Assembly: GCA_964637575.1 (NCBI GenBank)
Contig: CAZWVU010000004.1
Span: 14,788-78,787 of the forward strand
Length of the DNA stretch: 64,000 nucleotides
Direction of reading: 5' to 3'
Source: an uncultured Candidatus Saccharibacteria bacterium
GTDB lineage: Bacteria; Patescibacteriota; Minisyncoccia; UBA6257; WO2-44-18
The translations under genes were made by a program, and so were the position numbers. The notes beneath the pieces were generated by a model. The model was not told where the DNA came from and made no database searches. It saw nothing but the letters and a program-made list of their open reading frames with translations. Positions 55,943-64,000 of this stretch are shown here, in pieces; position 1 is the first letter of the stretch; the number at the start of each line of letters is the position of its first letter.

Positions 55943-55996
55943 GAAGCACCTCTTGTTTGTAAATTAACTACACCAATAATCCCACGAACCCATCCC

Positions 55997-56845
55997 TTAT
56001 TTCAACTGCAGGTTCTGAAGCCGCTTGATGCGCTCTTCAATCGGCGGATGAGTGGAGAAGAGCTGGAGCAGGATGGATGGCTTGAACGGATTGACGATAA
56101 AAAGATGGGCGGCCGCTTCCTGCCGCGGCTGGCCGGAGAGCGGGTACATTCTGGAATACTGACCCAGCTTCGCGAGCGCGCTCGCGAGTCCGTTGGGATC
56201 GCCGAGGGTTGTGGCGCCGGTTTCGTCGGCGAGGTATTCGCGTGAACGGGAAATCGCGAGATGGAGGAGTGTTGCGATGATCGGCGTAAGCACTACCAGC
56301 AGGATCGCGCCGATCGGGTTGCCGCGGCGATTGCGGTCACCGGAGCCGCCGAAGATCATCCCGTAGTAGGCGAAATGGGCGACATAGGAAAGCGTGCCGG
56401 CGAGGAGTGCGGCAATGCTGGAGATCAGGATATCGCGGTTTTCAATATGGGAAAGCTCATGGGCGAGCACGCCTTCGAGTTCCCGCTCATCAAGAAGCTG
56501 GAGGATGGAGGGAGACACGGCGACTGCCGCGTGCTGTTTGTTCCGGCCGGTGGCAAAGGCATTCGGCACCGGGAGATTTACTATATACAGCCTCGGCATG
56601 GGAATATTCATTTTTCCGGCAATGCGGGCGACAATCGCGCGCAGTTCCGGGTGGACTTCTTCCGGCATCGGCTGCGCCCGGTACATCGCGAGCACGAATT
56701 TGTCCGAAAACCAGTAGCTGGCAAAGTTCATAGCCGCCGAAATTACCAGCGCGTATACCACCCCCTGCTGGCCGCCGAAGTAATAGCCGATGGCGAGTAC
56801 CAGGCCGGTTAAAATTGACAAAAATAAGAAAGTCTTGAATCGCAT
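55997..56845 (-). CDS. htpX: M48 zinc metalloprotease HtpX
   Basis: PNAFATG, HELSH, SRSREYLAD and FSTHPP motifs. Confidence 0.95.
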   Translation of the reverse strand: MRFKTFLFLSILTGLVLAIGYYFGGQQGVVYALVISAAMNFASYWFSDKFVLAMYRAQPMPEEVHPELRAIVARIAGKMNIPMPRLYIVNLPVPNAFATGRNKQHAAVAVSPSILQLLDERELEGVLAHELSHIENRDILISSIAALLAGTLSYVAHFAYYGMIFGGSGDRNRRGNPIGAILLVVLTPIIATLLHLAISRSREYLADETGATTLGDPNGLASALAKLGQYSRMYPLSGQPRQEAAAHLFIVNPFKPSILLQLFSTHPPIEERIKRLQNLQLK

Positions 56846-56892
56846 ATCAACCTATTATATAGTATAGCCAGAACATTGGAAATGGAGGACAG

Positions 56893-57564
56893 GTGATCAA
56901 GAGATTTCCATCATATCGCGCGACCAACAGCCGGGTGCTCTTCAATTTTTTAGCACTTCCGGATGTCGACAGAGATGACGTCGAAGATATCCTGCTGGCA
57001 CTCGGATTCAGCTGGTCGCAACGGAATCCGGACGACATTCTGGGAATATTTTCCAAGAGCCGGCTGGGCGGGAAATCGATCTATTTCCGGACCGCCAAAC
57101 CGGCCGAAGCGCCGGATCTGGTGAATTGTTCAACGTTTACCCAGTGGTGTTACGCGCGGATCGGCATCGAGCTTCCTCTGCGCGCGATCCAGCAATACCA
57201 GATGGGGGAGCCCTTGCCCGACATGAACACAATTAAGGTCGGCGATCTTCTCTTCAAGTCCGGCGAGAAAAACTATTGGGATTATCAGGAACCAAAAATC
57301 AAAATAGGGCATGTGGCGCTGGTCCGGGATGTTGCCAGCAGGGATGGCGCGGTGATCCATGCCAGCAATAACGCCGGGGGCGTGGTGGAGATACCGGTCA
57401 ACGAGTTTCTGAAGAAGAACAGTCCCTGCATTGCCGCCTGCCGGATCGTAACCGATCTGAAGCACTGGACCACGCTCAACATTCCCCCGGAACTGTCCTG
57501 GCGGATCCAGTCTTCGGACGACGTGAAATGGCTGATTTTGGAGCACATTAAGCCGGGAGGGTAG
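56893..57564 (+). CDS. NlpC/P60 family protein
   Basis: NCS.FT.W, LP..A..Q, GDLLF, GHVAL and IHAS motifs. Confidence 0.82.
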   Translation: MIKRFPSYRATNSRVLFNFLALPDVDRDDVEDILLALGFSWSQRNPDDILGIFSKSRLGGKSIYFRTAKPAEAPDLVNCSTFTQWCYARIGIELPLRAIQQYQMGEPLPDMNTIKVGDLLFKSGEKNYWDYQEPKIKIGHVALVRDVASRDGAVIHASNNAGGVVEIPVNEFLKKNSPCIAACRIVTDLKHWTTLNIPPELSWRIQSSDDVKWLILEHIKPGG

Positions 57565-57862
57565 GGGTTGACCCCCGCTCTGATACCCACTGTATCGGGA
57601 TAGATTTTCACTACGCAAACTGGTCATTATGCGCGGCCCTGAAGCTGCAATCAAGGTTCCAGAGCGGGGGTTGACAAAACTACATTCATATGGCATATTG
57701 TCCGTGTACCTTTGATAGCAAAGATTTTGATTGAGGGGACTCCAACTCTCCTCAATTAAATGTTTTTCGGGGTGGCCTCAGCCACCCCGCTCTAAATCAG
57801 CTCATTACATGTGTAGCGGGCTGATATCGGAGTCTTTTGAAAATGTGAAGGGGAGGATTTGT

Positions 57863-58243
57863 ATGGACGGAACCACGCTCTTCGTTCTGCTCGGAGCGCT
57901 CGCGCTCGTGACGATCGGCCTCGTGTGGTATTCCAAGAAGCGGAGGATTCTCAAGGTGAACCTGCCCCCGTACCACGCCAGCGCCGCCCGGCTCTTTCCG
58001 GAGCTGTACTCGCAGGAAGGCATCACCGATGAGGAGATGCCCAGGCAGGCGACCTGGCTGGACGGTCCGAACGGACGCGCCCGCCGGATCTTCGGAGTCA
58101 TCGTGGCGGCGACCAAAACCCGCTTCTGGCTGATGCCCTACGGCATCCAGAGGAAAGATGGCGGCGTTGCCTCGTATGGCAACCAGAACAGGCGGGACCT
58201 GGTGCGCCGGAAGCGCAGCATCGTCCGGATCATCGGCAACTAA
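57863..58243 (+). CDS. Hypothetical protein with N-terminal TM
   Basis: GGAGG Shine-Dalgarno site, hydrophobic N-terminus. Confidence 0.65.
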   Translation: MDGTTLFVLLGALALVTIGLVWYSKKRRILKVNLPPYHASAARLFPELYSQEGITDEEMPRQATWLDGPNGRARRIFGVIVAATKTRFWLMPYGIQRKDGGVASYGNQNRRDLVRRKRSIVRIIGN

Positions 58244-58411
58244 CCTGACCTCCCCGTCCGTCGCAAGACGGACAAGAACCCCCAGCCCCGGCCCTGCTGC
58301 AGATCACACGATGTGCAGCAGGGCTTTTTTATTTTCGGCGGGGGAAATTCGTTGACCGGCCTGTTAGTTTCTGGTACTCTTTTTTCCAGAACTTTTGCAA
58401 AGGAGCGAGGC

Positions 58412-58993
58412 ATGAGCGACGACGTGCGTCCCGGCGGGACGGAAGACCCGGAAATCCATCTGAGCGGGCCGGTGCCGCTGGCGGATCTTTCCACGGCGAA
58501 CGCGGTGATTGACCAGGAGCGACAGAAAGTCCACTATCTTGAACAGAAGCTCGCGGAGTCCAACCGCGCCTACGGGATTTTGGAACAGGTCAATGGCAAT
58601 CTTCGGTCTGAGATCGGCAGTTGGCGCATCAGACGGAACAGCGCCTTTGGGTTGGCCGCGTTCATGGCTTTTTTGTTTGTTGTGGCTCTGGTTGGCTTGA
58701 CGCGTGTCGCTATCCAGCGCGATGAGCACAAGGACGCGGCTGGCATGCCCATGCCGGTTCAGCAGGTCTCCACTCCAGAAATGCTTCCATCCAGCCGTTG
58801 TCAGTTTGCCGGCGAGCTGGTGGTAGCAAGCGTGTGGTGCCTGCCAAACCATCCGATCAAGGCCCTGCGTCAATGGAATTGCGATTGCGGCGAAACTCAT
58901 TATCTCACGCAGTTTGAAGATGGTAGTGAAGGATATCGGATGATCACCGCGGGCATCTACCGCGAACTACTCGCAAAACGCAGCGACGAATAA
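58412..58993 (+). CDS. Hypothetical coiled-coil/TM protein
   Basis: AAGGAG Shine-Dalgarno site, central TM, downstream terminator. Confidence 0.6.
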   Translation: MSDDVRPGGTEDPEIHLSGPVPLADLSTANAVIDQERQKVHYLEQKLAESNRAYGILEQVNGNLRSEIGSWRIRRNSAFGLAAFMAFLFVVALVGLTRVAIQRDEHKDAAGMPMPVQQVSTPEMLPSSRCQFAGELVVASVWCLPNHPIKALRQWNCDCGETHYLTQFEDGSEGYRMITAGIYRELLAKRSDE

Positions 58994-59060
58994 AACTTCA
59001 AAACCCCGGGAATTCCGGGGTTTTCTATTTCATAAAATCGTGCTAACGTATACCCAGTAT

Positions 59061-59135
59061 GGTGCCTATAGTTTAGTGGTAAAACACCGCTCTGTGGCAG
59101 CGGATTCGAGGGTTCGATTCCCTCTAGGCACCCCA
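59061..59135 (+). tRNA. tRNA-His(GTG)
   Basis: G-1, GTGCCTA/TAGGCAC acceptor, loop CTGTGGC, C73, encoded CCA. Confidence 0.95.
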
Positions 59136-60803
59136 GACGGTATCTAATATAACCGCAGAAGGTTCGTTAGATATCATCACAGGAATCTCGGCATTACGTC
59201 GGGATTTTTGTGTTTTAGGGGCGACTAAGGCTTTTGATTTACCAGCGATCACTGGTGTGAACTCCACCGCCATGTCAGTCACGATCCGTGGTTTCTGGCA
59301 CTCTTTGTATTTCTCAGTGAAGATCAGACCTTCGGCTTGCATCAAGGCTCTTATAATCGGGCTTGGTATGACCGTCACCACTTTCTTATCCGTCACCTCA
59401 AACCGTTCCCAGTAAAGGCCTAGGAATAGTCGCTTCATTTCGTCCGGAGCTTTCATGTATGCCTCGTATGCGTTTCTCACAAAGAGCAGGATGTCTTGGA
59501 GCTCATCAATCCGCATATTAAGCTTCTTATCTTGGGCGTAGAGTTCGTCCTGTATGCTCTCGACCTGTTCTTTTATTTTCACTTTGATTCGAGTGAAGTC
59601 ATCATCTGAAATCAATCCACCGAATAATTTCTCCTCGGCAGTGTCACGCTTCTTTTCAAGTATCATCTTTTGCGTATTTAGTCCTTTCTTATCTTTATTT
59701 ATGACTTCCTTCCGACCGCTGTATATTTTCTCAATCTTGGCGACCATTCGTCCCACAAATGTCGGAGTGAATTCAATCAGTTTGAAAAGGTCAGCGATCT
59801 GCTGTTCCAAATCCCAGACTTCCACATATTTGTCCGAGCATTTGATCTGATCGCCGGAACGGTTGCAATGATAGTAAGATTTATTTTTCTTTGGGTGATG
59901 TTCGGCTGTGTATCTTTGTCCGCAGACGGCGCAGTAGGTCAGACCTCGCAGTATGAAGTTAAACTTTTGCCTACGACAGGCATAGCGGTTATGTTCGGCC
60001 ATGACCAGCTGGGTGCGTTCCCATATTTCTTTTGTGATGAGTGGTTTGTGTTTACCAACACCCACCAGTCCTCGCCAACGCATCTCCCCGTAGTAAAACT
60101 GATTCTTAAGTATCTCAATCATCTTGCTGTGAGCTAGTCGCTTACCGGCATGAGTCCTGAACCCTTTCTTATACAAAGCATCACGGACTTCGTAGACTGA
60201 ATAATCTCCAGTCACATACATGTTGAATGCTTCCTGGATAAGCGGCGCACGTTCTTCGTCTACAACAATGATCCTCTTTTTCTCATCGCTTGGATCACCG
60301 GCATTCAAGTAGCCGGAAGCCACACCTGTCGGCCACCAGCCATCTCGGAATTTCTGTTCAAGGCTCTTCAAAGTTTTTCTCGATGTGATTTGCGACTGGA
60401 GTTGGTTCACGCCAGCTATCACTAAGTCCATAAAGTTTCCTTCCGGAGAGTCAGTTATGCCGGGTTGCGATACGGAAAACAATTCAACCTCATGTTTTTT
60501 GAGGATCGCTTTGATTTGCATATGGTCGAGGGCATTTCTCGCCAGTCGGTCGGTGTCTTGAATAAATACTGCGCGGATAGCTTTATCATCTTGGACTCGA
60601 AGCAACATGTCTTGGAGCCCGGGACGATTCATATTGGTGGCGGATCGTCCTGGGTCTTCGAAGACTCCTTCGTTTGCCAGTTTGTATTTGTTGCTTTCCT
60701 CGATCGCTCGTTTACAGAGTTTGAGCTGTGTGGTGAGGGAATGGTGGCCGTCCTCGGCCTGTTCTTCAGTCGAGACTCGGCAGTAGATTAATGCATGTTC
60801 CAT
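59124..60803 (-). CDS. Large serine recombinase (integrase)
   Basis: YCRVST..Q, DRLAR, recombinase domain, zinc ribbon (CAVCG..YYHC), coiled coil. Confidence 0.95.
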   Translation of the reverse strand: MEHALIYCRVSTEEQAEDGHHSLTTQLKLCKRAIEESNKYKLANEGVFEDPGRSATNMNRPGLQDMLLRVQDDKAIRAVFIQDTDRLARNALDHMQIKAILKKHEVELFSVSQPGITDSPEGNFMDLVIAGVNQLQSQITSRKTLKSLEQKFRDGWWPTGVASGYLNAGDPSDEKKRIIVVDEERAPLIQEAFNMYVTGDYSVYEVRDALYKKGFRTHAGKRLAHSKMIEILKNQFYYGEMRWRGLVGVGKHKPLITKEIWERTQLVMAEHNRYACRRQKFNFILRGLTYCAVCGQRYTAEHHPKKNKSYYHCNRSGDQIKCSDKYVEVWDLEQQIADLFKLIEFTPTFVGRMVAKIEKIYSGRKEVINKDKKGLNTQKMILEKKRDTAEEKLFGGLISDDDFTRIKVKIKEQVESIQDELYAQDKKLNMRIDELQDILLFVRNAYEAYMKAPDEMKRLFLGLYWERFEVTDKKVVTVIPSPIIRALMQAEGLIFTEKYKECQKPRIVTDMAVEFTPVIAGKSKALVAPKTQKSRRNAEIPVMISNEPSAVILDTVWGA

Positions 60804-61100
60804 AGTATTTTCATATTAATTTTGATTAAGTTTTTGTAAGAGACCTTTCACGAACACCCTATACTAATTCGCTCGACACGCTAAGCTCTGTTGCCCACAA
60901 TCGCAACATACACCGCCCCAGTCATAAATTTTTCTGGAAATTGCTGTTTTGTGCCTATTTGGTTGGGTTTTACCGGGTTTTGTTGGGTTTATCTTTTTCA
61001 TTTTTGGTGTTATTTAGTGTTAGTTAGTGTGAGTTGGTGTAAGTCATAATTTTCGCCTTTTTGCTCAAAATGTTGCCGTTAGTTGCCGATTGTTGCTGAT

Positions 61101-61898
61101 TTAGCCACTTTCACCGGCTATTGATAGAAGGGAGTTAAAATACGCACCTTTGTTTTTGATCGTTCCGGACGGCATTTGTTTCAATTTCTCATAGGCATTT
61201 TCTATTCTGGCCAGTCCATGAGTCTTGAGAGCTGAAAGCATAAAGTTCATATCCGGCTCCTCGAGATATCGAGCAATCTCTAAACATCTTTCTTCCTCAA
61301 ATGTTTTAGGATTGAAACTTCTTACCACACAGCGATTCGATCGATTGTTTTTATTTTCTTTTTCGTTATCGTTCTTCTGACTTCTGCCGAGTGAACTATC
61401 GGAAGTGAAAGAAAACCTTGCTACCAGCTTCTTCTTCTCGCTTTCCAACTTCTGCGAAATGTCATCGACTTCTGCCGGTGCTTCTGCTGGTGTTTGCTCT
61501 GGAGTAGTATCATCACTTCTGCCAGACTTCTGTTCAAAGTGATGTTCAATGTACTTAAATGTGCCGTCAGATAAGGGATAATTGCCGATATCCACATTGA
61601 ATGAACTTCTGCGACCTTGTTGTCTAGCAAACCATACCCACCTCTTCCGCTTTAGCTCGAGCATAATTTTATTCACCCTGTTCTTGTCATATTTTTCTTT
61701 GAAATCTTTTGAGAGTCCGGCATAACTTACATGAGCTCTTCCAGATCGGGGATTGGCAGTGAGCCAAAGCCACACCAAAATGGCATATTCCTCAAACTTC
61801 AAGTGACCGTCGATAAGGGCGGTTTTAATACTCCGTGGGAGTTTTACATAATCATTATTGTCTATTTTGAATGGCAGATTTTCCATGTTCATATTCAT
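61101..61898 (-). CDS. Replication-initiator-like (wHTH) protein
   Basis: YVKLPR N-terminus, HTH-like region, low-complexity linker, IKNKGAYF C-terminus; inference. Confidence 0.5.
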   Translation of the reverse strand: MNMNMENLPFKIDNNDYVKLPRSIKTALIDGHLKFEEYAILVWLWLTANPRSGRAHVSYAGLSKDFKEKYDKNRVNKIMLELKRKRWVWFARQQGRRSSFNVDIGNYPLSDGTFKYIEHHFEQKSGRSDDTTPEQTPAEAPAEVDDISQKLESEKKKLVARFSFTSDSSLGRSQKNDNEKENKNNRSNRCVVRSFNPKTFEEERCLEIARYLEEPDMNFMLSALKTHGLARIENAYEKLKQMPSGTIKNKGAYFNSLLSIAGESG

Positions 61899-61912
61899 TC
61901 GATTTGACCGAC

Positions 61913-62176
61913 TTAATCCATTGCATCGTTATACATGAGCGATTTAAGTTCCTTGATCGCCGAGACAAATTCTTTGGCATTCACTTCGACCAAGCCCGCA
62001 AAGAAAGCGCTTACCAGTTGGGGACGATCTGGCTCATCGGGGAAAATAAAACGAAACCGGCGTGAGTCGGCTTTGTTTATACCAAGCAACCTATATCCCT
62101 TAGCCACGAGAAAGGCGGCCACGTAGAAGTCGCTTGTTATAAAATTATTGCTGTCCAGTTGATTTCTCATTTTCAT
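61913..62176 (-). CDS. DUF5659-like small protein
   Basis: F.TSDFY.AAFL...G, F.F and F....K.LK pattern. Confidence 0.65.
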   Translation of the reverse strand: MKMRNQLDSNNFITSDFYVAAFLVAKGYRLLGINKADSRRFRFIFPDEPDRPQLVSAFFAGLVEVNAKEFVSAIKELKSLMYNDAMD

Positions 62177-62315
62177 TCTTTTTAGCTTTTTCTTTTTCTA
62201 AATATTGATGATCCAAAAGACGGACGATTAAGTCGGCTAGTCTGTCCATGAAAATTTCCTCCATCTGTTCGATAGTGAGGGTAGGGATTTTCTTTGTTGG
62301 CACCGGCTTTGGCAT
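62145..62315 (-). CDS. Small hypothetical protein (56 aa)
   Basis: MPKPVPTKKIPTLTIEQMEEIFMDRLADLIVR...; overlaps the start of the next gene. Confidence 0.5.
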   Translation of the reverse strand: MPKPVPTKKIPTLTIEQMEEIFMDRLADLIVRLLDHQYLEKEKAKKNENEKSTGQQ

Positions 62316-62401
62316 ATTGTTTGCCAGTCCGCAAATAAAAAGCAGACTGTTTGTTCCAGTCTGTGCGCTCGCCTGTGATTCACCTTTGACTCACCAAAGT
62401 C

Positions 62402-63058
62402 TCACTTTTGTTCGTAGTCAATCCGGACCCGACCGGTACGCCAGCTTATAAAATTACTGATGCCGAAAGCATCTTTGATCCTTTTGTTAACGGCAATCTT
62501 GGCGTCATAAACGCTTCGCTTCGTGTCTTTTGCCCAGTCTGCCATATCCACGATGTCAGTTTCAGTTACCGGAGTGCCAAACGGAAGTGCGAATAAGACT
62601 TTGCAGAGAAAATACTGATTAGTGTTTATTGGGACCGGGCAAACCTTACTTCCCATAGTTATATTGCCGGTTTTCTCGTTAAATCTGATCTTGGTATCGA
62701 TTGGCGCTTCTTCTTGCAGTGCCGGCCTATTTTTAAGTTTGAAATAATAATTGTTGAGCATTGACCTGCTCGGTTTGGAAATTACAAAATCGTCACCATC
62801 CAGCTTGAAGCTAGAAACAATCTTTTTCTTTTTCAGCTCGGCAAGGACGGCTTTCTGATCGGAAATATCAAAAGTAGAGACAGGGTAATTAAAGTAGACC
62901 TTGGCAGGGAGTTTATGCGTGACATCAGTTACGGACTCAATGCTCCCCAGCAACGTCTGAATAAAGGCTAGTTTTGGATACTCATTTTTCATATTCATTT
63001 GTGAAATGGAGCCAGTTTCTTCAAAAACCAGTGAATGGGAGCTATTTTCCAGCTCCAT
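62402..63058 (-). CDS. Hypothetical protein with C-terminal wHTH-like domain
   Basis: 218-aa ORF; RSVYDA...VNKRI. Confidence 0.6.
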   Translation of the reverse strand: MELENSSHSLVFEETGSISQMNMKNEYPKLAFIQTLLGSIESVTDVTHKLPAKVYFNYPVSTFDISDQKAVLAELKKKKIVSSFKLDGDDFVISKPSRSMLNNYYFKLKNRPALQEEAPIDTKIRFNEKTGNITMGSKVCPVPINTNQYFLCKVLFALPFGTPVTETDIVDMADWAKDTKRSVYDAKIAVNKRIKDAFGISNFISWRTGRVRIDYEQK

Positions 63059-63143
63059 TCACCACTTTTTCTTACTACACAGCGTAATTGATGTAGTAAA
63101 AGTATTCCAAACCACAAAGTCATTATGACAAAATATGCCATCT

Positions 63144-63172
63144 TTGACAACGAAAATCTGAAGCGGTAAAAT
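63144..63172 (+). promoter_or_regulatory. Sigma70 promoter
   Basis: TTGACA-17bp-TAAAAT. Confidence 0.65.
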
Positions 63173-63204
63173 ACAAATAAGTAATTTTATCGGGTACGAC
63201 TTTT

Positions 63205-63399
63205 ATGAATTCCAACATCGAGAAACTTTTCAGTATTGAGGAAGCCGCTAAAATTCTAAGGGTCAGTGGTCGATCTGTTACTCGTTATATTGAATCCGGA
63301 AAGCTTAAAGCATCCAAGATTGGAGTATGGCGCATCAAAGAATCTGATTTAAACGCTTTCTTGGAGGAGACAAGTAATGTTAAGTCGAAGAAAAAGTAA
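63205..63399 (+). CDS. Excisionase-like helix-turn-helix protein
   Basis: LFSIEEAAKILRVS..V.RYI..GKL.A.KIG.WRI. Confidence 0.88.
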   Translation: MNSNIEKLFSIEEAAKILRVSGRSVTRYIESGKLKASKIGVWRIKESDLNAFLEETSNVKSKKK

Positions 63400-63407
63400 A
63401 AAAGATT

Positions 63408-64000
63408 ATGACCACAAAACAAGCAATCCAAGACATTCAAAAGACTTTCGATATTAATGCCATCTTTGCTCATAAGGTATTTTTACTGGCTGACAAAACG
63501 AATCTCCTTGAGGATGCCGCTCGGATTATTGCTGAAAAACCAAAGCCATTTGTTAAATGGGTTGGTGGTAAGCGACAGCTACTCGCACAGTTTCGAAGAT
63601 TGAATCTCTATCCACCGGAAAAATTTGATATTAGGACAGGAAGATACTTCGAGCCTTTTGTTGGAGGTGGTGCCGTATTCTTTGATCTACTCCCAGAGAA
63701 AGGTTTTCTCTCTGATTTAAATAAAGAACTCGTTACTACTTATAACGTTATAAAAAATGGCGTTGAAGGGTTGATCGCTTCTTTGAAGAAGCATAAAACA
63801 GACAAAGAATATTTTTTAAACATACGTGCAAAGGACTCCAAATCCCTTAGTGACCTTGATGTTGCATCTCGCTTTATCTTTTTGAACCGCACCTGCTTCA
63901 ATGGTTTGTACAGAGTAAATAGTAAAGGAGGTTTCAATGTACCCTATGGTAAATATGCTAACCCACTTATTTGTGATGAGAGTAATTTGAGAAAGGTATC
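63408..64000 (+). CDS. dam: Dam-family DNA adenine methyltransferase (partial)
   Basis: Translated by hand: KPFVKWVGGK, YFEPFVGGGAVFF, SDLN, FLNRTCFNGLYRVN..FNVPYG; absent from the ORF track because it has no stop in the window. Confidence 0.92.
   Translation, partial: MTTKQAIQDIQKTFDINAIFAHKVFLLADKTNLLEDAARIIAEKPKPFVKWVGGKRQLLAQFRRLNLYPPEKFDIRTGRYFEPFVGGGAVFFDLLPEKGFLSDLNKELVTTYNVIKNGVEGLIASLKKHKTDKEYFLNIRAKDSKSLSDLDVASRFIFLNRTCFNGLYRVNSKGGFNVPYGKYANPLICDESNLRKV

Larger units (their letters stand above)
59136..64000. mobile_element. Integrated genomic island at tRNA-His (runs past the window end)
   Basis: Recombinase abutting the tRNA 3' end, visible GC drop, excisionase-like and methylase genes. 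Confidence 0.85.

Overview
The window looks like a Patescibacteria/CPR (Parcubacteria-like) chromosome segment. This is inferred from tightly packed and overlapping genes, a type IV pilus cluster, DUF5666/DUF5667-like proteins and few Shine-Dalgarno sites. Core genes include fmt, def, rpmA, rplI, rplU, pgk, rnhA, recR, dnaB, cysS, grpE-dnaK-dnaJ, secG, uvrC, ddl and htpX, plus RNase P RNA and four tRNAs. The last ~4.9 kb is an AT-richer island integrated at tRNA-His, with a large serine recombinase, an excisionase-like HTH protein and a Dam-type methylase. The most striking observation is a 295-bp element (4229-4523) that is almost entirely one small GIY-YIG nuclease gene. It has perfect 19-bp terminal inverted repeats and a 4-bp TGAA duplication, and sits exactly in a TAATG stop/start overlap. 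A 121-bp non-autonomous relative (21019-21139) sits in an identical TAATGAA junction. Three further families of dispersed, covarying, structured repeats are also visible, one linked to duplicated tRNA 3' ends. All product calls come from motif recognition by eye, not from database searches.
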